A stretch of DNA of 54,608 bases from Candidatus Nomurabacteria bacterium GW2011_GWE2_34_25 (GCA_000990325.1 LBPS01000009.1:1-54608), one strand, 5' to 3'. Positions 1 to 9,734 are shown, numbered from the stretch's first letter. Notes: generated from the sequence alone by a model not told the origin. Program-made: numbers and translations.

Positions 1-16
1 AAAGATTGGCTTATGG

Positions 17-409
17 ATGCAGGGGCAATTGCTCATGGGTATGATTGTTGGAGTTCTGGCTTATCTAGGACTCACTATTATTGGAGTTAAATATTCTCTG
101 ATTCTAGCTCTGATGGTTGTCATTGCGGAGCTTGTCCCTTTTGGTTTGGTTATTGCTACTATTCCAGCGATCTTGTTTGCTTATTTAGATGGGGGTGTTG
201 CTATTGCTGCTGTCGTACTAGGCTTTTATTTTATTCTTGGTCAATTTGAAACTTATTTGATATATCCATTGATAGTTAAAAAAGCCACTGGTATTTCTCC
301 TTTAGTTGTGATCCTCTCTGTTTTGATCGGAGCTGAACTTGCTGGTATTTGGGGAGTATTTTTAGCTGTACCGACAGCAGTTTGTTTGATTATAAGACAT
401 TTTACCTAA
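17..409 (+). CDS. AI-2E family transporter, C-terminal part (5' end outside window; 3' end appears clipped at junction with metG)
   Basis: Hydrophobic helices with IYPLIVKKATGISPLVVILSVLIGAELAGIWGVFLAVP, typical of the AI-2E/PerM C-terminus. Confidence 0.8.
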   Translation: MQGQLLMGMIVGVLAYLGLTIIGVKYSLILALMVVIAELVPFGLVIATIPAILFAYLDGGVAIAAVVLGFYFILGQFETYLIYPLIVKKATGISPLVVILSVLIGAELAGIWGVFLAVPTAVCLIIRHFT

Positions 410-1824
410 CAACAACATTACCTTACGTAAATGCCCCGCTTCATATGGGGCATGCTTTAGAATTCGTACGTGCGGATACTATTGTACGCTACAAGAAACT
501 TTTGGGCTATGATGTCTACTTTAATACTGGTACTGACGAGCATGGATTGAAAATATTTGAGAAGGCAAAAGAGCAAGGAATCTCGGCTCAAGTTTTTGTA
601 GATCAAGGTTTTGAAACTTTCAAAGAACAATTAAAAATGTTCGGAGTTGTAGATGACATTCATTTTATTCGTACAACAGACGAGAATCACGAGAAGGCTG
701 CTCAAGAATTCTGGAAGAGAGTTTCTGACAACGGATATATTTATAAGAAAAATTATGAAGCTAAATATTGTGTAGGGTGTGAAAGTGAGAAGACTGATGG
801 TGAACTTGTGAATGGTTATTGTCAAGAACATCCAGGGATAGATCTGAAAATAATAAATGAAGAAAATTACTTCTTCAAATATTCTGCATTTGGGGATAAG
901 CTTTTGGAATTTTATAATAAAAATCCCAATTTTGTTATTCCAGATTTTCGCCTAAATGAAATTAAGAATTTTGTGAAAAGTGGTTTACAGGATTTCTCCA
1001 TATCACGCCTGAAAGAGAAGATGCCTTGGGGGATACCTGTCCCTGGAGATGACACACAAGTCATGTATGTATGGTTCGATGCTCTTGTGAATTACATTTC
1101 AACTCTTGGCTGGCCTGCAAGTGAAGGTAATTTCGAGAAATATTGGGTTAATGGAAACCCCACTCAATACTGTGGCAAGGACAATACTCGTTTCCAAAGT
1201 GCTATGTGGCAAGCAATGCTTATGGCAGCAGGGGTAGAGAACTCTCGTCAGATAGTTGTAAATGGATTCATAACAGGAGAGGGAGGTATACGTATGTCGA
1301 AAACTCTTGGCAATGTTGTTGATCCTCGTGATATTGTGAAAGAATACGGAACAGATGCACTTCGATACTTCCTTCTTCGTGAAGTTGGAAGTTTTGAAGA
1401 TAGTCCATTTACTATTGAACGATTTAAAGATTCTTACAACTCAGGACTTGCAAATGGGTTAGGGAATTTAGCTTCTCGCATTTTAACTTTATCTGAAAAG
1501 TATTTGGAGAAGTGTCCAGAAATTCCTGAAGTTTCTGATTTTACAGAATATTTCAAATTTTATGAATCTTTTGATATTAAAAAAGCGACAGATTATGTGT
1601 GGGAAAAGATTGCTGAATTAGATAAAATTATTCAAGACACACAGCCATTTAAAGTTGTAAAAACTGATGAAGAAAAAGGGAAGGAAATGATAAAAGATTT
1701 GGTTTTGAAATTGTATGTAATAGCCAGAATGCTTAACCCAATTATGCCCGAAACAAACATAAAGCTGAAGGAACTAATCAAACAAAATAAAAAACCCGAA
1801 ACTCCACTCTTCTTAAGAAAATAA
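349..1824 (+). CDS. metG: Methionine--tRNA ligase (short form); true start apparently missing, homology begins near 394 (KTFYLTT)
   Basis: YLTTTLPYVNAPLHMGH (HIGH-like), GTDEHG, YVWFDAL, RMSKTLGN (KMSKS-like), zinc knuckle CVGC. Confidence 0.95.
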   Translation: MGSIFSCTDSSLFDYKTFYLTTTLPYVNAPLHMGHALEFVRADTIVRYKKLLGYDVYFNTGTDEHGLKIFEKAKEQGISAQVFVDQGFETFKEQLKMFGVVDDIHFIRTTDENHEKAAQEFWKRVSDNGYIYKKNYEAKYCVGCESEKTDGELVNGYCQEHPGIDLKIINEENYFFKYSAFGDKLLEFYNKNPNFVIPDFRLNEIKNFVKSGLQDFSISRLKEKMPWGIPVPGDDTQVMYVWFDALVNYISTLGWPASEGNFEKYWVNGNPTQYCGKDNTRFQSAMWQAMLMAAGVENSRQIVVNGFITGEGGIRMSKTLGNVVDPRDIVKEYGTDALRYFLLREVGSFEDSPFTIERFKDSYNSGLANGLGNLASRILTLSEKYLEKCPEIPEVSDFTEYFKFYESFDIKKATDYVWEKIAELDKIIQDTQPFKVVKTDEEKGKEMIKDLVLKLYVIARMLNPIMPETNIKLKELIKQNKKPETPLFLRK

Positions 1825-1856
1825 ATTCTTAATTCTTAATTCTTAATTCTTAATTT
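1824..1856. repeat. 7-bp tandem repeat (AATTCTT), about 4.5 copies
   Basis: aaattcttaattcttaattcttaattcttaatt between metG and tatD. Confidence 0.9.
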
Positions 1857-1860
1857 TCTC

Positions 1861-2680
1861 ATGCCTAAATACATTGATATACATGCACATACGAACTTCA
1901 AAGCATTCGAGGAAGATCGAGATGAGGTTATTTCGCGTGCTCTAGAAAGTGATACTTGGGTTATAAATATTGGCACCCAATATGATACTTCCAAGAAGGC
2001 AGTAGAAATGACCAATGAATATGGGGAGGGAGTGTATGCTTGTATTGGTCTTTGAGGGACAAGAATTTGTTTCTCGTGGAGAAATTTTTAATAAAGATAA
2101 GTACAGAGAGCTTGCAAAACAGGGGAAGGTAGTAGGGGTAGGTGAGTGTGGGCTTGACTATTATCATATGGACGAAGATAGTATAGAGAAACAGAAAACG
2201 GCTTTTGTATCTCAGATTGAACTTGCCAACGAGCTTGGACTTCCCTTGATGCTTCATGTTCGCAATCATTCTACTAACAAAACTCACAACGCTTATTTTG
2301 ATATTTATGAACTCATTAAAAAACATTCGGAAGTCCGACTTCCATATCATAAGGGAGTATCACATTTCTTTGCTGGAAGTGTAGAAGACATGAAAAGATT
2401 TATAGAGATAGGTATACTTGTATCTTTTGCTGGTCCTATAACCTACAAGCCAAAGCCTGAGATTTGTGATTATGAAGCTGTTATAAGAGAGACTCCGCTT
2501 GGTATGATTCTGGCAGATACAGATAGCCCGTACGTGGCTCCAGTACCCCACAGAGGGCAGAGGAATGAACCTTCATATGTGAAGGACATAGTTGCTAAAA
2601 TAGCTCAAATTAAGGGATTATCGGAAGAAGAGGTTGCTTCCCAGATTGTCATAAATGCCAAGAAACTGTTTAAAATATAG
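1861..2680 (+). pseudogene. tatD: TatD family DNase split into two frames at ~2052 (deletion/frameshift, possibly assembly artefact)
   Basis: Frame 1 has IDIHAH...ACIGL*; next frame has GECGLDY, LHVR, HFF, DTDSPY, RNEP; the conserved HP after GL is missing. Confidence 0.8.
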
Positions 2681-2681
2681 G

Positions 2682-2706
2682 CTTACCGAAGCAAGGCTTC
2701 GGTAAG
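2682..2706. repeat. Palindromic hairpin CTTACCGAAGC-AAG-GCTTCGGTAAG (GCAAGGC-loop family; possible terminator)
   Basis: Perfect 11-bp stem right after the tatD stop. Confidence 0.7.
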
Positions 2707-2715
2707 TGATTAGGA

Positions 2716-2744
2716 TAGACATTTAATCAAATATCTGTTAGTAT
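2716..2744 (+). promoter_or_regulatory. Putative sigma70 promoter of rpsF
   Basis: TAGACA-17 nt-TAGTAT with extended -10 TG. Confidence 0.55.
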
Positions 2745-2752
2745 GACTCTAC

Positions 2753-2803
2753 ATTTCATTTGTCCCGGTCTTATAACCGGTACACACTGGTCCATAATGA
2801 AAT
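2753..2803 (+). promoter_or_regulatory. Structured rpsF 5' leader, candidate S6:S18 autoregulatory RNA
   Basis: ATTTCATT...AATGAAAT outer stem enclosing a CCGG-based inner hairpin, located between promoter and rpsF. Confidence 0.4.
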
Positions 2804-2846
2804 GATATTAAAAGTAATAAATTAAGCGTATTTACGCTAAATATAC

Positions 2847-3350
2847 ATGGCAAAAGTAAAAGAAGTTGTAGAGAACGGAGCAGATGTAGATGCTACAGAT
2901 GCAAAGTCTTCTATCTATGAAGTTGGGTATGTAATGATTCCAAGTATTCCAGAAGAAAATTTGGGAGGAGAAGTTACATCCCTTAAGGATTCATTGGGAG
3001 ATCATGGAGCGGTTTTTATCTCTGATGAGTATCCTAAGATGTTAGAACTAGCATATGAAATGTCTCGTTCAATAGCTAACAAGAAACAGAAGTTTTCTTA
3101 TGGGTATTTTGGTTGGGTAAAGTTTGAGTGCACAACTGCAAATGCGAAGATTATAAAAGAATTTTTAGATAAAAACGAAAAGCTTGTTCGTTATCTCATG
3201 ATTAAGACTGTTCGTGAAAGTACTATGTCTACCAAGCGTGCATATGGTAAAACAGATGCTTCAAAGCGTCGCTTTACTCCAAAAACAGAGGAATCTTTAC
3301 CTCTTAACGTAGAAGAAGTAGACAAAGAAATTGATGCCCTTGTGGTATAA
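2847..3350 (+). CDS. rpsF: 30S ribosomal protein S6 with terminal extensions
   Basis: YEVGY...LAYEM...GYFGWVKF...LVRYLMIK; rpsF-ssb-rpsR synteny. Confidence 0.9.
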   Translation: MAKVKEVVENGADVDATDAKSSIYEVGYVMIPSIPEENLGGEVTSLKDSLGDHGAVFISDEYPKMLELAYEMSRSIANKKQKFSYGYFGWVKFECTTANAKIIKEFLDKNEKLVRYLMIKTVRESTMSTKRAYGKTDASKRRFTPKTEESLPLNVEEVDKEIDALVV

Positions 3351-3364
3351 TTTGGTATATGTAT

Positions 3365-3480
3365 CCCGTTAGAAGCCGCGGTCGCAGTAACTAACGGAAT
3401 AAATTATATTAAAAATTTTAAGTCGAATTAAAATATAACTAAGCAGGGTAGAATTAAGACCGCGACCTGCTTCTAACGGG
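3365..3480. mobile_element. 116-bp MITE-like element with 12-bp terminal inverted repeats and 6-bp flanking direct repeat ATGTAT
   Basis: CCCGTTAGAAGC (3365-3376)/GCTTCTAACGGG (3469-3480); inner CGCGGTC/GACCGCG; ATGTAT at 3359-3364 and 3481-3486. Confidence 0.75.
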
Positions 3481-3921
3481 ATGTATTTAAACAAAGCAAT
3501 TCTTATAGGGAATTTAACACGTGATCCAGAATTAAAAGCAATAGCATCTGGCAATAAAGTTTGTACTTTTAGTATCGCCACCAATCGTACTTACAAAGAC
3601 GCCAATGGTGTCAGACAAGAGAAAACGGATTATCATAATATTGTAGTATGGGGCAAGACAGCAGAGAACGTTGCTACATATATGAAAAAGGGAAGTCAGA
3701 TATTGGTTGAAGGGCGCATGGAGACTCGAAGCTGGGATGATGCTGCAACGAACACAAAGAAGTATCGTACAGAAGTAGTTGCAGATACAGTACAGTTTGG
3801 TTCCAAGCCAAGTGGTTCATCTTCACCAAGTCAGGCACCATCCACTTCTAAAAAAGAAGAAGAGATCGATACCATTGAATATCCTGAAGAGCAGATAAAC
3901 GCAGAAGATATACCATTTTAG
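3481..3921 (+). CDS. ssb: Single-stranded DNA-binding protein
   Basis: LNKAILIGNLTRDPE, VEGRMETRSW, acidic C-terminal EDIPF. Confidence 0.97.
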   Translation: MYLNKAILIGNLTRDPELKAIASGNKVCTFSIATNRTYKDANGVRQEKTDYHNIVVWGKTAENVATYMKKGSQILVEGRMETRSWDDAATNTKKYRTEVVADTVQFGSKPSGSSSPSQAPSTSKKEEEIDTIEYPEEQINAEDIPF

Positions 3922-3961
3922 TTATCAAGTAGAAAGTTTATAAAGTAAAAAATTAAAAATT

Positions 3962-4162
3962 ATGAAACAAGATTATTTTTCATCAAATAACATAAAGCAT
4001 ATAGATTATAAAGATGTCGAGTTACTTCGCAGATTTATAACACCTAGTGCTCGTATGCAATCCCGTAAGAGAACAGATGTGACAGCCAAAAATCAACGTA
4101 AATTAGCCATTGCTATCAAGCGTGCTCGATTTATGGGATTACTACCCTACATTGCTAAGTAG
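3962..4162 (+). CDS. rpsR: 30S ribosomal protein S18
   Basis: IDYKDVELLRRF...QRKLAIAIKRARFMGLLPY. Confidence 0.97.
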   Translation: MKQDYFSSNNIKHIDYKDVELLRRFITPSARMQSRKRTDVTAKNQRKLAIAIKRARFMGLLPYIAK

Positions 4163-4218
4163 CAATCGGGCGACCAAAGTATTGGTTTAGCCATATATTG
4201 CTAAATAAAGAGATATTT

Positions 4219-4257
4219 AAATCACCAGCCCTAAGCCATGCTTAGGACTGGTGATTT
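4219..4257 (+). terminator. Hairpin downstream of rpsR, probable intrinsic terminator
   Basis: AAATCACCAG-CCCTAAGC...GCTTAGGA-CTGGTGATTT. Confidence 0.6.
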
Positions 4258-4331
4258 CCTATTGTTAGGAGAGAAATCGTGATATAATATACCTATATTA
4301 ATAATCATAATTTTTAAGTCATAATAACAAT

Positions 4332-7300
4332 ATGACTTTACAAAATCATATGAAAAAGTTACTAGTTGGGTTGTTTATTTTTGGATTCCTTTTTGTGGAA
4401 GTCGGACAGGTTCAGGCATCTGTATTGAGTGATGCACTATTAAAAATAAAGAATCTTCAAAAAGAGATTTTTCAATTAAAGTCTTCACTGAAAGGTTCTG
4501 TTACAGAGATACCAACACCTCCAACTCTAGGTAATACAACCGTTATTGCTACAGCCACAGGGGTGACAATATCCTCCAGTGTTACTTCGTTGGGCTCTCC
4601 GGCTTCGCTCATTGCTCGAGGTACTTGTTTTGGTATAGAGACACAAGGCCCTATAAATAATTGTTTGAGTGAAGGAGGGAAAACAACTGGACCATTTACG
4701 CAGAATAGAACAGGGCTAACTCCAAATACGAAATATTTAGCAATTAGTTACGCTGTGAATGAAACAGCTACAAACTATAGTAATACTGTAAGCTTTACAA
4801 CACCAGCATCAGCAACTCCTACCCCTATACCTGTAACTCCTACACCTGTACCACTAGCTCTTCCTTCACTTTCATCTCCAACACCTCAAAACATAACTCA
4901 AACATCTGCCGTTTTAAGTGCAACGATAACTGATCTTGGTAATCCATCTACAATTACTGAACGTGGAATTTGTTATGGAACAACTTTGTCTTCTACTCCA
5001 AGTAAGAATAAGGGAGATGATTGCTATGCGTCTACTAGTGCTTCAACCATGATTATTGCTTCAAATCTAACTCCCAATACTACATATAAATTCCGTGGTT
5101 ATGCTGTAAATGCAACTGGAGCAGGATATTCAGAAGAGGGAACATTTAAAACATTAGCTTCAACAATTGCAACTCCTTCAATCACTCCTCCTTCAATTAC
5201 AGTTTTGAGTCCAAATGGTGGGGAACAATATACTGTAGGTCAGCAAATTACTGTAAAATATACAATGGCAAATAATGATTCACAGGTAGGTGATACTGTT
5301 TCAATTTTTTTAAAAAATGTATATAGTGATACTTATAATTTTGGCTCTTTTAGAGCAGAAGTTGTAGGTGATAATTATGTTACATTAACTATCCCATCAA
5401 ATTCTAATTTATCTAATGGATATAAAATTTTAGTAAGATTTAATGGATCTTCAGGATATGTGTCTCAAGATGAATCTGATAATACATTTACAATTAAGTC
5501 TTCTACTGTTAACTCTGCTCCAGTTGTCACAACACCAACAGCAACATCTGTCACTCAAACTTCAGCAGTACTAGGAGCAAAGGTTACGTCAATGGGTTAT
5601 CCAGTTTCTAGTTCTACTGGATATATTTACTATGGTAAGAATCCACGTCCTTCATCTCCACTTGCTTACACAAGATCGTCGGTATCAATAGGTACTTACA
5701 GTGTTCCTGAAATAACAGGCTTAACTTGTGGTACGAAGTATTACTTCTATGGTGCTGTTTCAAATACAATTGGTACAGGATATACTCCTGATGGAACGTT
5801 TACAACATTGCCATGTGGAACCATACCTCCTTCAATAACCGTTCTTTCTCCCAATGGAGGGGAGACATGGACCTTTGGAAATGAATATGAAGTTACTTGG
5901 AAAGCTGAAAATTATGATTCACAAGTTAATATAGCATTGGCATTACCTTACACTAGTAATGATGGAGGCCAAGGTTACAATTATTGTACAGTAGGTAACG
6001 CTCATGCTTCTGCGGGTAGATTTAAATTTATATTATCTGAATATATTTTTAATGGCTCATGTAATTTTGTTGGAGGGAAAGTAGTGCCAAGTAAGTATAA
6101 AATATCTGTATATAGTGGGTATATTTCAGACCAATCTAACAATTACTTTTCAATTGTGTCAGCTCCAGTACCTCTTGTAAAGTCTCCTTGCTCACCTTAT
6201 GGTGATATTGATAGTGATGGTTATTTGACTGAAAAAGACACAAATCTAATGATGCAGAAAATTGGTGGAATAACTTATTTCACTTATGATCAAAATAAAA
6301 GAGCCGATGTAAACAAGGATGGGATTGTGAGCTCCATGGATATAACTTGGATTAAAAATGTTATCTCAGGTGCATCATCTTCGTTCCCAGTATGTACATC
6401 AAATACAACTCCTTCAATTACTATCACTTCTCCAAATGGAGGGGAGACTTATATTATAGGTCAGCAAATTACACTAAAATGGAATAGTCAAAATATGACT
6501 TCAAATCCTAGAATGAACATAGAGCTTGTTAATTCAAGTGGAGTATCTGTTGCTGGTGTTTCTGATGAATTGGTTGGAAACAATAAAAGCTGGACATATG
6601 TAATACCTAAAAATGTTCCTGCTGGTAAATATAAAATTCGTGTTAATTTTAAAGATAATTCTGCTGAAGATTATTCTGATAATTATTTTACTATTAATGA
6701 AAATAATGGTGGTGCTTGTCTCGATTCTTATCCATCACTTTACACGAGTTACTATTCTTCTATTCCCACAGAGGTCTTATTAGGTGATAAAAATGTTGAA
6801 ATCGCTAAATTTATATTAACCGCTTCAAGCAGTTGTAAATTAAGCATAAACTCTATTGGTTTTGTTGGCGGAGGAGCTATTGCTGAAAACATTAATTTAT
6901 ATAATGAATCAGGGGCCCTTCTCTCTAGAGGTGTACTAGAATCAAACTCTTCAAATTCTTATATATTTAAACTTGACGCACCGATTGTATTAAATAATAA
7001 TGATTCAAAGAAATTAATTGTTAGATCCGATATAAAACAAGAAATAGATGGCAATACAGCTATTCAGTCTTGGTTAAGAATAGATAAGAGTGAAATTATT
7101 GATCAAGAAAGTGGTTCATTGCTAACATACAATGATATTAAAGATAATTCCATGAATCCTTTCCAGAAAATAATAGCCAAGAGAAATCATACCCCAGTTC
7201 TCAAAATAATTTCTCCAAAGTCAGGAGATAAATTAGATGCATCAAAATTAATATCTGTAGTATTTGAGACTAATAATGCGTATCCTGCAGTGCACGATGT

Positions 7301-8258
7301 TAGTTTGATTAATAAGAATAACACTAAAGGTTCTGAACATTCAATCACTTATTTAATTGGTGCTGGATTAAAACACGGTGTTTCGTTCACAGATAATCAA
7401 ATTAATAGTTCAAAAGAACAGAAGGTTAGTTTTTCTCTCCAGAAAGCTATTAAAGATTGGAAATGGGATATAAATTCTACTGATAAATATACAATTAAAA
7501 TTTGTGTTTTACCATATAGAGATTCTTGTAAGGAAAGTAATGAATTTAATTTCACCACAAATTCATCAACACTTACAAATGACCAAACTCCTCTAAGTCT
7601 TGTTGCTTCTATTGAAAATATTAAGAATAATCCTTCGTTGTATAAGGGTAAAAAAGTTACAACACAAGGGTATTATTATGCTTATAATTTATGGCGTGCA
7701 AGTCCAAAAACAGGGAATATAGACATAAACAATAAAGTTAACTTAGATGGATTAAATTTATCTTTAAAAATTGGAACGGATAGTATGCAGTCTTTAATTG
7801 ATAAGTATAAAAGTTATACAAAAACCTCACCACCCAATGTATTTAAATTAGAAGTTACTGGTACTGTTTATACAACTTCATACCCAATAGGTACCAATGA
7901 AGGTAGTGGTGTATATCTAGAAGTTGATTCAATGAAAATTGGAGAAATATCTACCCCTATTAATACAGTTCCTATTATTTCAGGCGGAGGAGGTGGTAGT
8001 GAATCTTGTAGTGTTCCTTTGTTTACAACTCTACTAAGAATTGGTTCAAAGGGTGATCAAGCTGAATCTCTGCAAGTCCTATTGAATGATCAAGGATTTT
8101 TACCAGACAATGAAATTGATGGGTCATTTGGTTTCAAGACTTGGAAAGCTTTGAAAGCCTTCCAGCTAGCTCATGGATTAAAAGGAGATGGTATCATGGG
8201 TAAACAAACTAGAGCCTACTTCAATACATTGTGGACCAATCAATGTTTAGCTGATTAG
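4332..8258 (+). CDS. Large secreted modular surface protein (FN3-like and Ig-like repeats, dockerin-like pair, C-terminal peptidoglycan-binding domain)
   Basis: Signal peptide MKKLLVGLF..VQA; three FN3-like units (e.g. LTPNTKY, LTPNTTY, LTCGTKY); three ITxxSPNGGE units; GDIDSDGYLTEKD/ADVNKDGIVSSMD; LRIGSKG..LQ..DGSFG..T..ALKAFQ..DGIMG. Confidence 0.75.
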   Translation: MTLQNHMKKLLVGLFIFGFLFVEVGQVQASVLSDALLKIKNLQKEIFQLKSSLKGSVTEIPTPPTLGNTTVIATATGVTISSSVTSLGSPASLIARGTCFGIETQGPINNCLSEGGKTTGPFTQNRTGLTPNTKYLAISYAVNETATNYSNTVSFTTPASATPTPIPVTPTPVPLALPSLSSPTPQNITQTSAVLSATITDLGNPSTITERGICYGTTLSSTPSKNKGDDCYASTSASTMIIASNLTPNTTYKFRGYAVNATGAGYSEEGTFKTLASTIATPSITPPSITVLSPNGGEQYTVGQQITVKYTMANNDSQVGDTVSIFLKNVYSDTYNFGSFRAEVVGDNYVTLTIPSNSNLSNGYKILVRFNGSSGYVSQDESDNTFTIKSSTVNSAPVVTTPTATSVTQTSAVLGAKVTSMGYPVSSSTGYIYYGKNPRPSSPLAYTRSSVSIGTYSVPEITGLTCGTKYYFYGAVSNTIGTGYTPDGTFTTLPCGTIPPSITVLSPNGGETWTFGNEYEVTWKAENYDSQVNIALALPYTSNDGGQGYNYCTVGNAHASAGRFKFILSEYIFNGSCNFVGGKVVPSKYKISVYSGYISDQSNNYFSIVSAPVPLVKSPCSPYGDIDSDGYLTEKDTNLMMQKIGGITYFTYDQNKRADVNKDGIVSSMDITWIKNVISGASSSFPVCTSNTTPSITITSPNGGETYIIGQQITLKWNSQNMTSNPRMNIELVNSSGVSVAGVSDELVGNNKSWTYVIPKNVPAGKYKIRVNFKDNSAEDYSDNYFTINENNGGACLDSYPSLYTSYYSSIPTEVLLGDKNVEIAKFILTASSSCKLSINSIGFVGGGAIAENINLYNESGALLSRGVLESNSSNSYIFKLDAPIVLNNNDSKKLIVRSDIKQEIDGNTAIQSWLRIDKSEIIDQESGSLLTYNDIKDNSMNPFQKIIAKRNHTPVLKIISPKSGDKLDASKLISVVFETNNAYPAVHDVSLINKNNTKGSEHSITYLIGAGLKHGVSFTDNQINSSKEQKVSFSLQKAIKDWKWDINSTDKYTIKICVLPYRDSCKESNEFNFTTNSSTLTNDQTPLSLVASIENIKNNPSLYKGKKVTTQGYYYAYNLWRASPKTGNIDINNKVNLDGLNLSLKIGTDSMQSLIDKYKSYTKTSPPNVFKLEVTGTVYTTSYPIGTNEGSGVYLEVDSMKIGEISTPINTVPIISGGGGGSESCSVPLFTTLLRIGSKGDQAESLQVLLNDQGFLPDNEIDGSFGFKTWKALKAFQLAHGLKGDGIMGKQTRAYFNTLWTNQCLAD

Positions 8259-8276
8259 AAAAAGATTAAATTAATT

Positions 8277-9041
8277 ATGAAAAAATTACTGGCTAGTCTG
8301 TTCATTTTGGGATTCTTTTTTGCGGGCGCTAATCATGTTCATGCCTCTATCTTAAGTGAAGTGCTTTCACAAATTCAAAGTCTTGAGAATGAGGTTTCTA
8401 GATTGAAATCAGAGCTTAAGGCTACTAGTCCTTATTCTTCATATTGGACAAGAGTTGTAAATAATGAAACAAAAAATTTTAATCCAGGGGGATCCTTGCC
8501 CATAGTAGCTAACCCAATAGTAACATCCGTTACTCACTCATCAGCAATTCTTAGTGCAAATATAACATTACTAGGCAATCCTGTTTATACAGTATATGGA
8601 GTCTGTTATAGTCCAATTTCATCGATAATTCCAAGTATAACAAATGGAGCCACTTGTATAGGTATTCCTACCACGACGACTAGTCTTTCAGCTACAGGTC
8701 CATTTATGGTACCAATAATATCTTTAGTTTCCAATACTAAATATAATTATCGTGCCTATGTTGCGAATACAAATGGCATCTCATATTCTCCGTTGATAGA
8801 ATTTACAACTTTAGATTTAGTTACTAAATATATGTGCAGTGACTCAGATGGCGGAATTGCTCCTTTTACTAAAGGGGCAATATGTAGGGGAAGTTATTGT
8901 GAAGTGGATTCTTGTCGTAACGCTAACTCATTAGATGAAAAATCTTGCGACGGTGCATATTTGAAGTCTCAAAATGTTATTTGCAATTGCAATAATGGTG
9001 CGTGCACAAGAAATATCATGTCATCCTTATCTCAAATTTAA
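8277..9041 (+). CDS. Secreted protein paralogous to the upstream gene (signal peptide, coiled coil, FN3-like unit, Cys-rich DSDGG domain)
   Basis: MKKLLASLFILGFF..VHASILSEVL matches the upstream N-terminus; NTKYNYRAYVAN; CSDSDGG..KG..C. Confidence 0.7.
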   Translation: MKKLLASLFILGFFFAGANHVHASILSEVLSQIQSLENEVSRLKSELKATSPYSSYWTRVVNNETKNFNPGGSLPIVANPIVTSVTHSSAILSANITLLGNPVYTVYGVCYSPISSIIPSITNGATCIGIPTTTTSLSATGPFMVPIISLVSNTKYNYRAYVANTNGISYSPLIEFTTLDLVTKYMCSDSDGGIAPFTKGAICRGSYCEVDSCRNANSLDEKSCDGAYLKSQNVICNCNNGACTRNIMSSLSQI

Positions 9042-9734
9042 AGATTTTAAAAGTGTATCCAATTCAGTTCCTTTTATTTCTCTGTACTCTCCTTCATTTA
9101 ATTTGCCTAGCTCTACGTTCATTATACGAATACGCTTTAGATCTATGACCTTATGGTGTAGAGCCTCGCACATGCGTCTTATTTGGCGTTTCTTACCTTC
9201 TGTTAGCACTATATGAAAGGTATCCTTAGATTTAGCTGTAGTGCGCCAGACTTTGCATTTACGACTTACAAATTTATCAAAGTGGACACCACTACCCATA
9301 AGCTCTATAAATTTATCTGAGAAATTTGGTTCTACTTTCACGACATATTCTTTCTCATGTACATAAAGAGGTGATAGAAGTCTGTCTGTTACGCGTCCAT
9401 CATTTGTCATAATTATAAGTCCACGAGAATCCTTATCGAGTCTTCCAATAGGAAAGACTGGAACTTTGAATTTTGTGACTTTCAAAATGTCCTTAGTTTT
9501 AATGTCGGGATTTGTTGAAATCCCGACTGCTTTATTGTAAGCATAATAGACGTAACTTTTTTTAGGGACTTTATCGCTGACAGTCACATCACCATCTCTA
9601 TAGACTTGGTCACCCAAGACAGCCTTTCTCCCATTAATAAAAACATAACCTTTTTTGATTAATTCATCAGCTCCTTTTCTAGTCGAAAAATTATTGAGAG
9701 CCAAGTATTTATTTATTCGTATTGGATATTCCAT
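9027..9734 (-). CDS. rRNA pseudouridine synthase, RsuA/RluB/RluF family
   Basis: S4 domain RINKYLA, catalytic GRLDKDSRGL, EGKKRQIRRM. Confidence 0.93.
   Translation of the reverse strand: MEYPIRINKYLALNNFSTRKGADELIKKGYVFINGRKAVLGDQVYRDGDVTVSDKVPKKSYVYYAYNKAVGISTNPDIKTKDILKVTKFKVPVFPIGRLDKDSRGLIIMTNDGRVTDRLLSPLYVHEKEYVVKVEPNFSDKFIELMGSGVHFDKFVSRKCKVWRTTAKSKDTFHIVLTEGKKRQIRRMCEALHHKVIDLKRIRIMNVELGKLNEGEYREIKGTELDTLLKSLNLR

Noticed and set aside
2053-2055. TGA read-through (genetic code 25)
   Set aside because: The tatD continuation is in a different frame, and other genes are intact under code 11.
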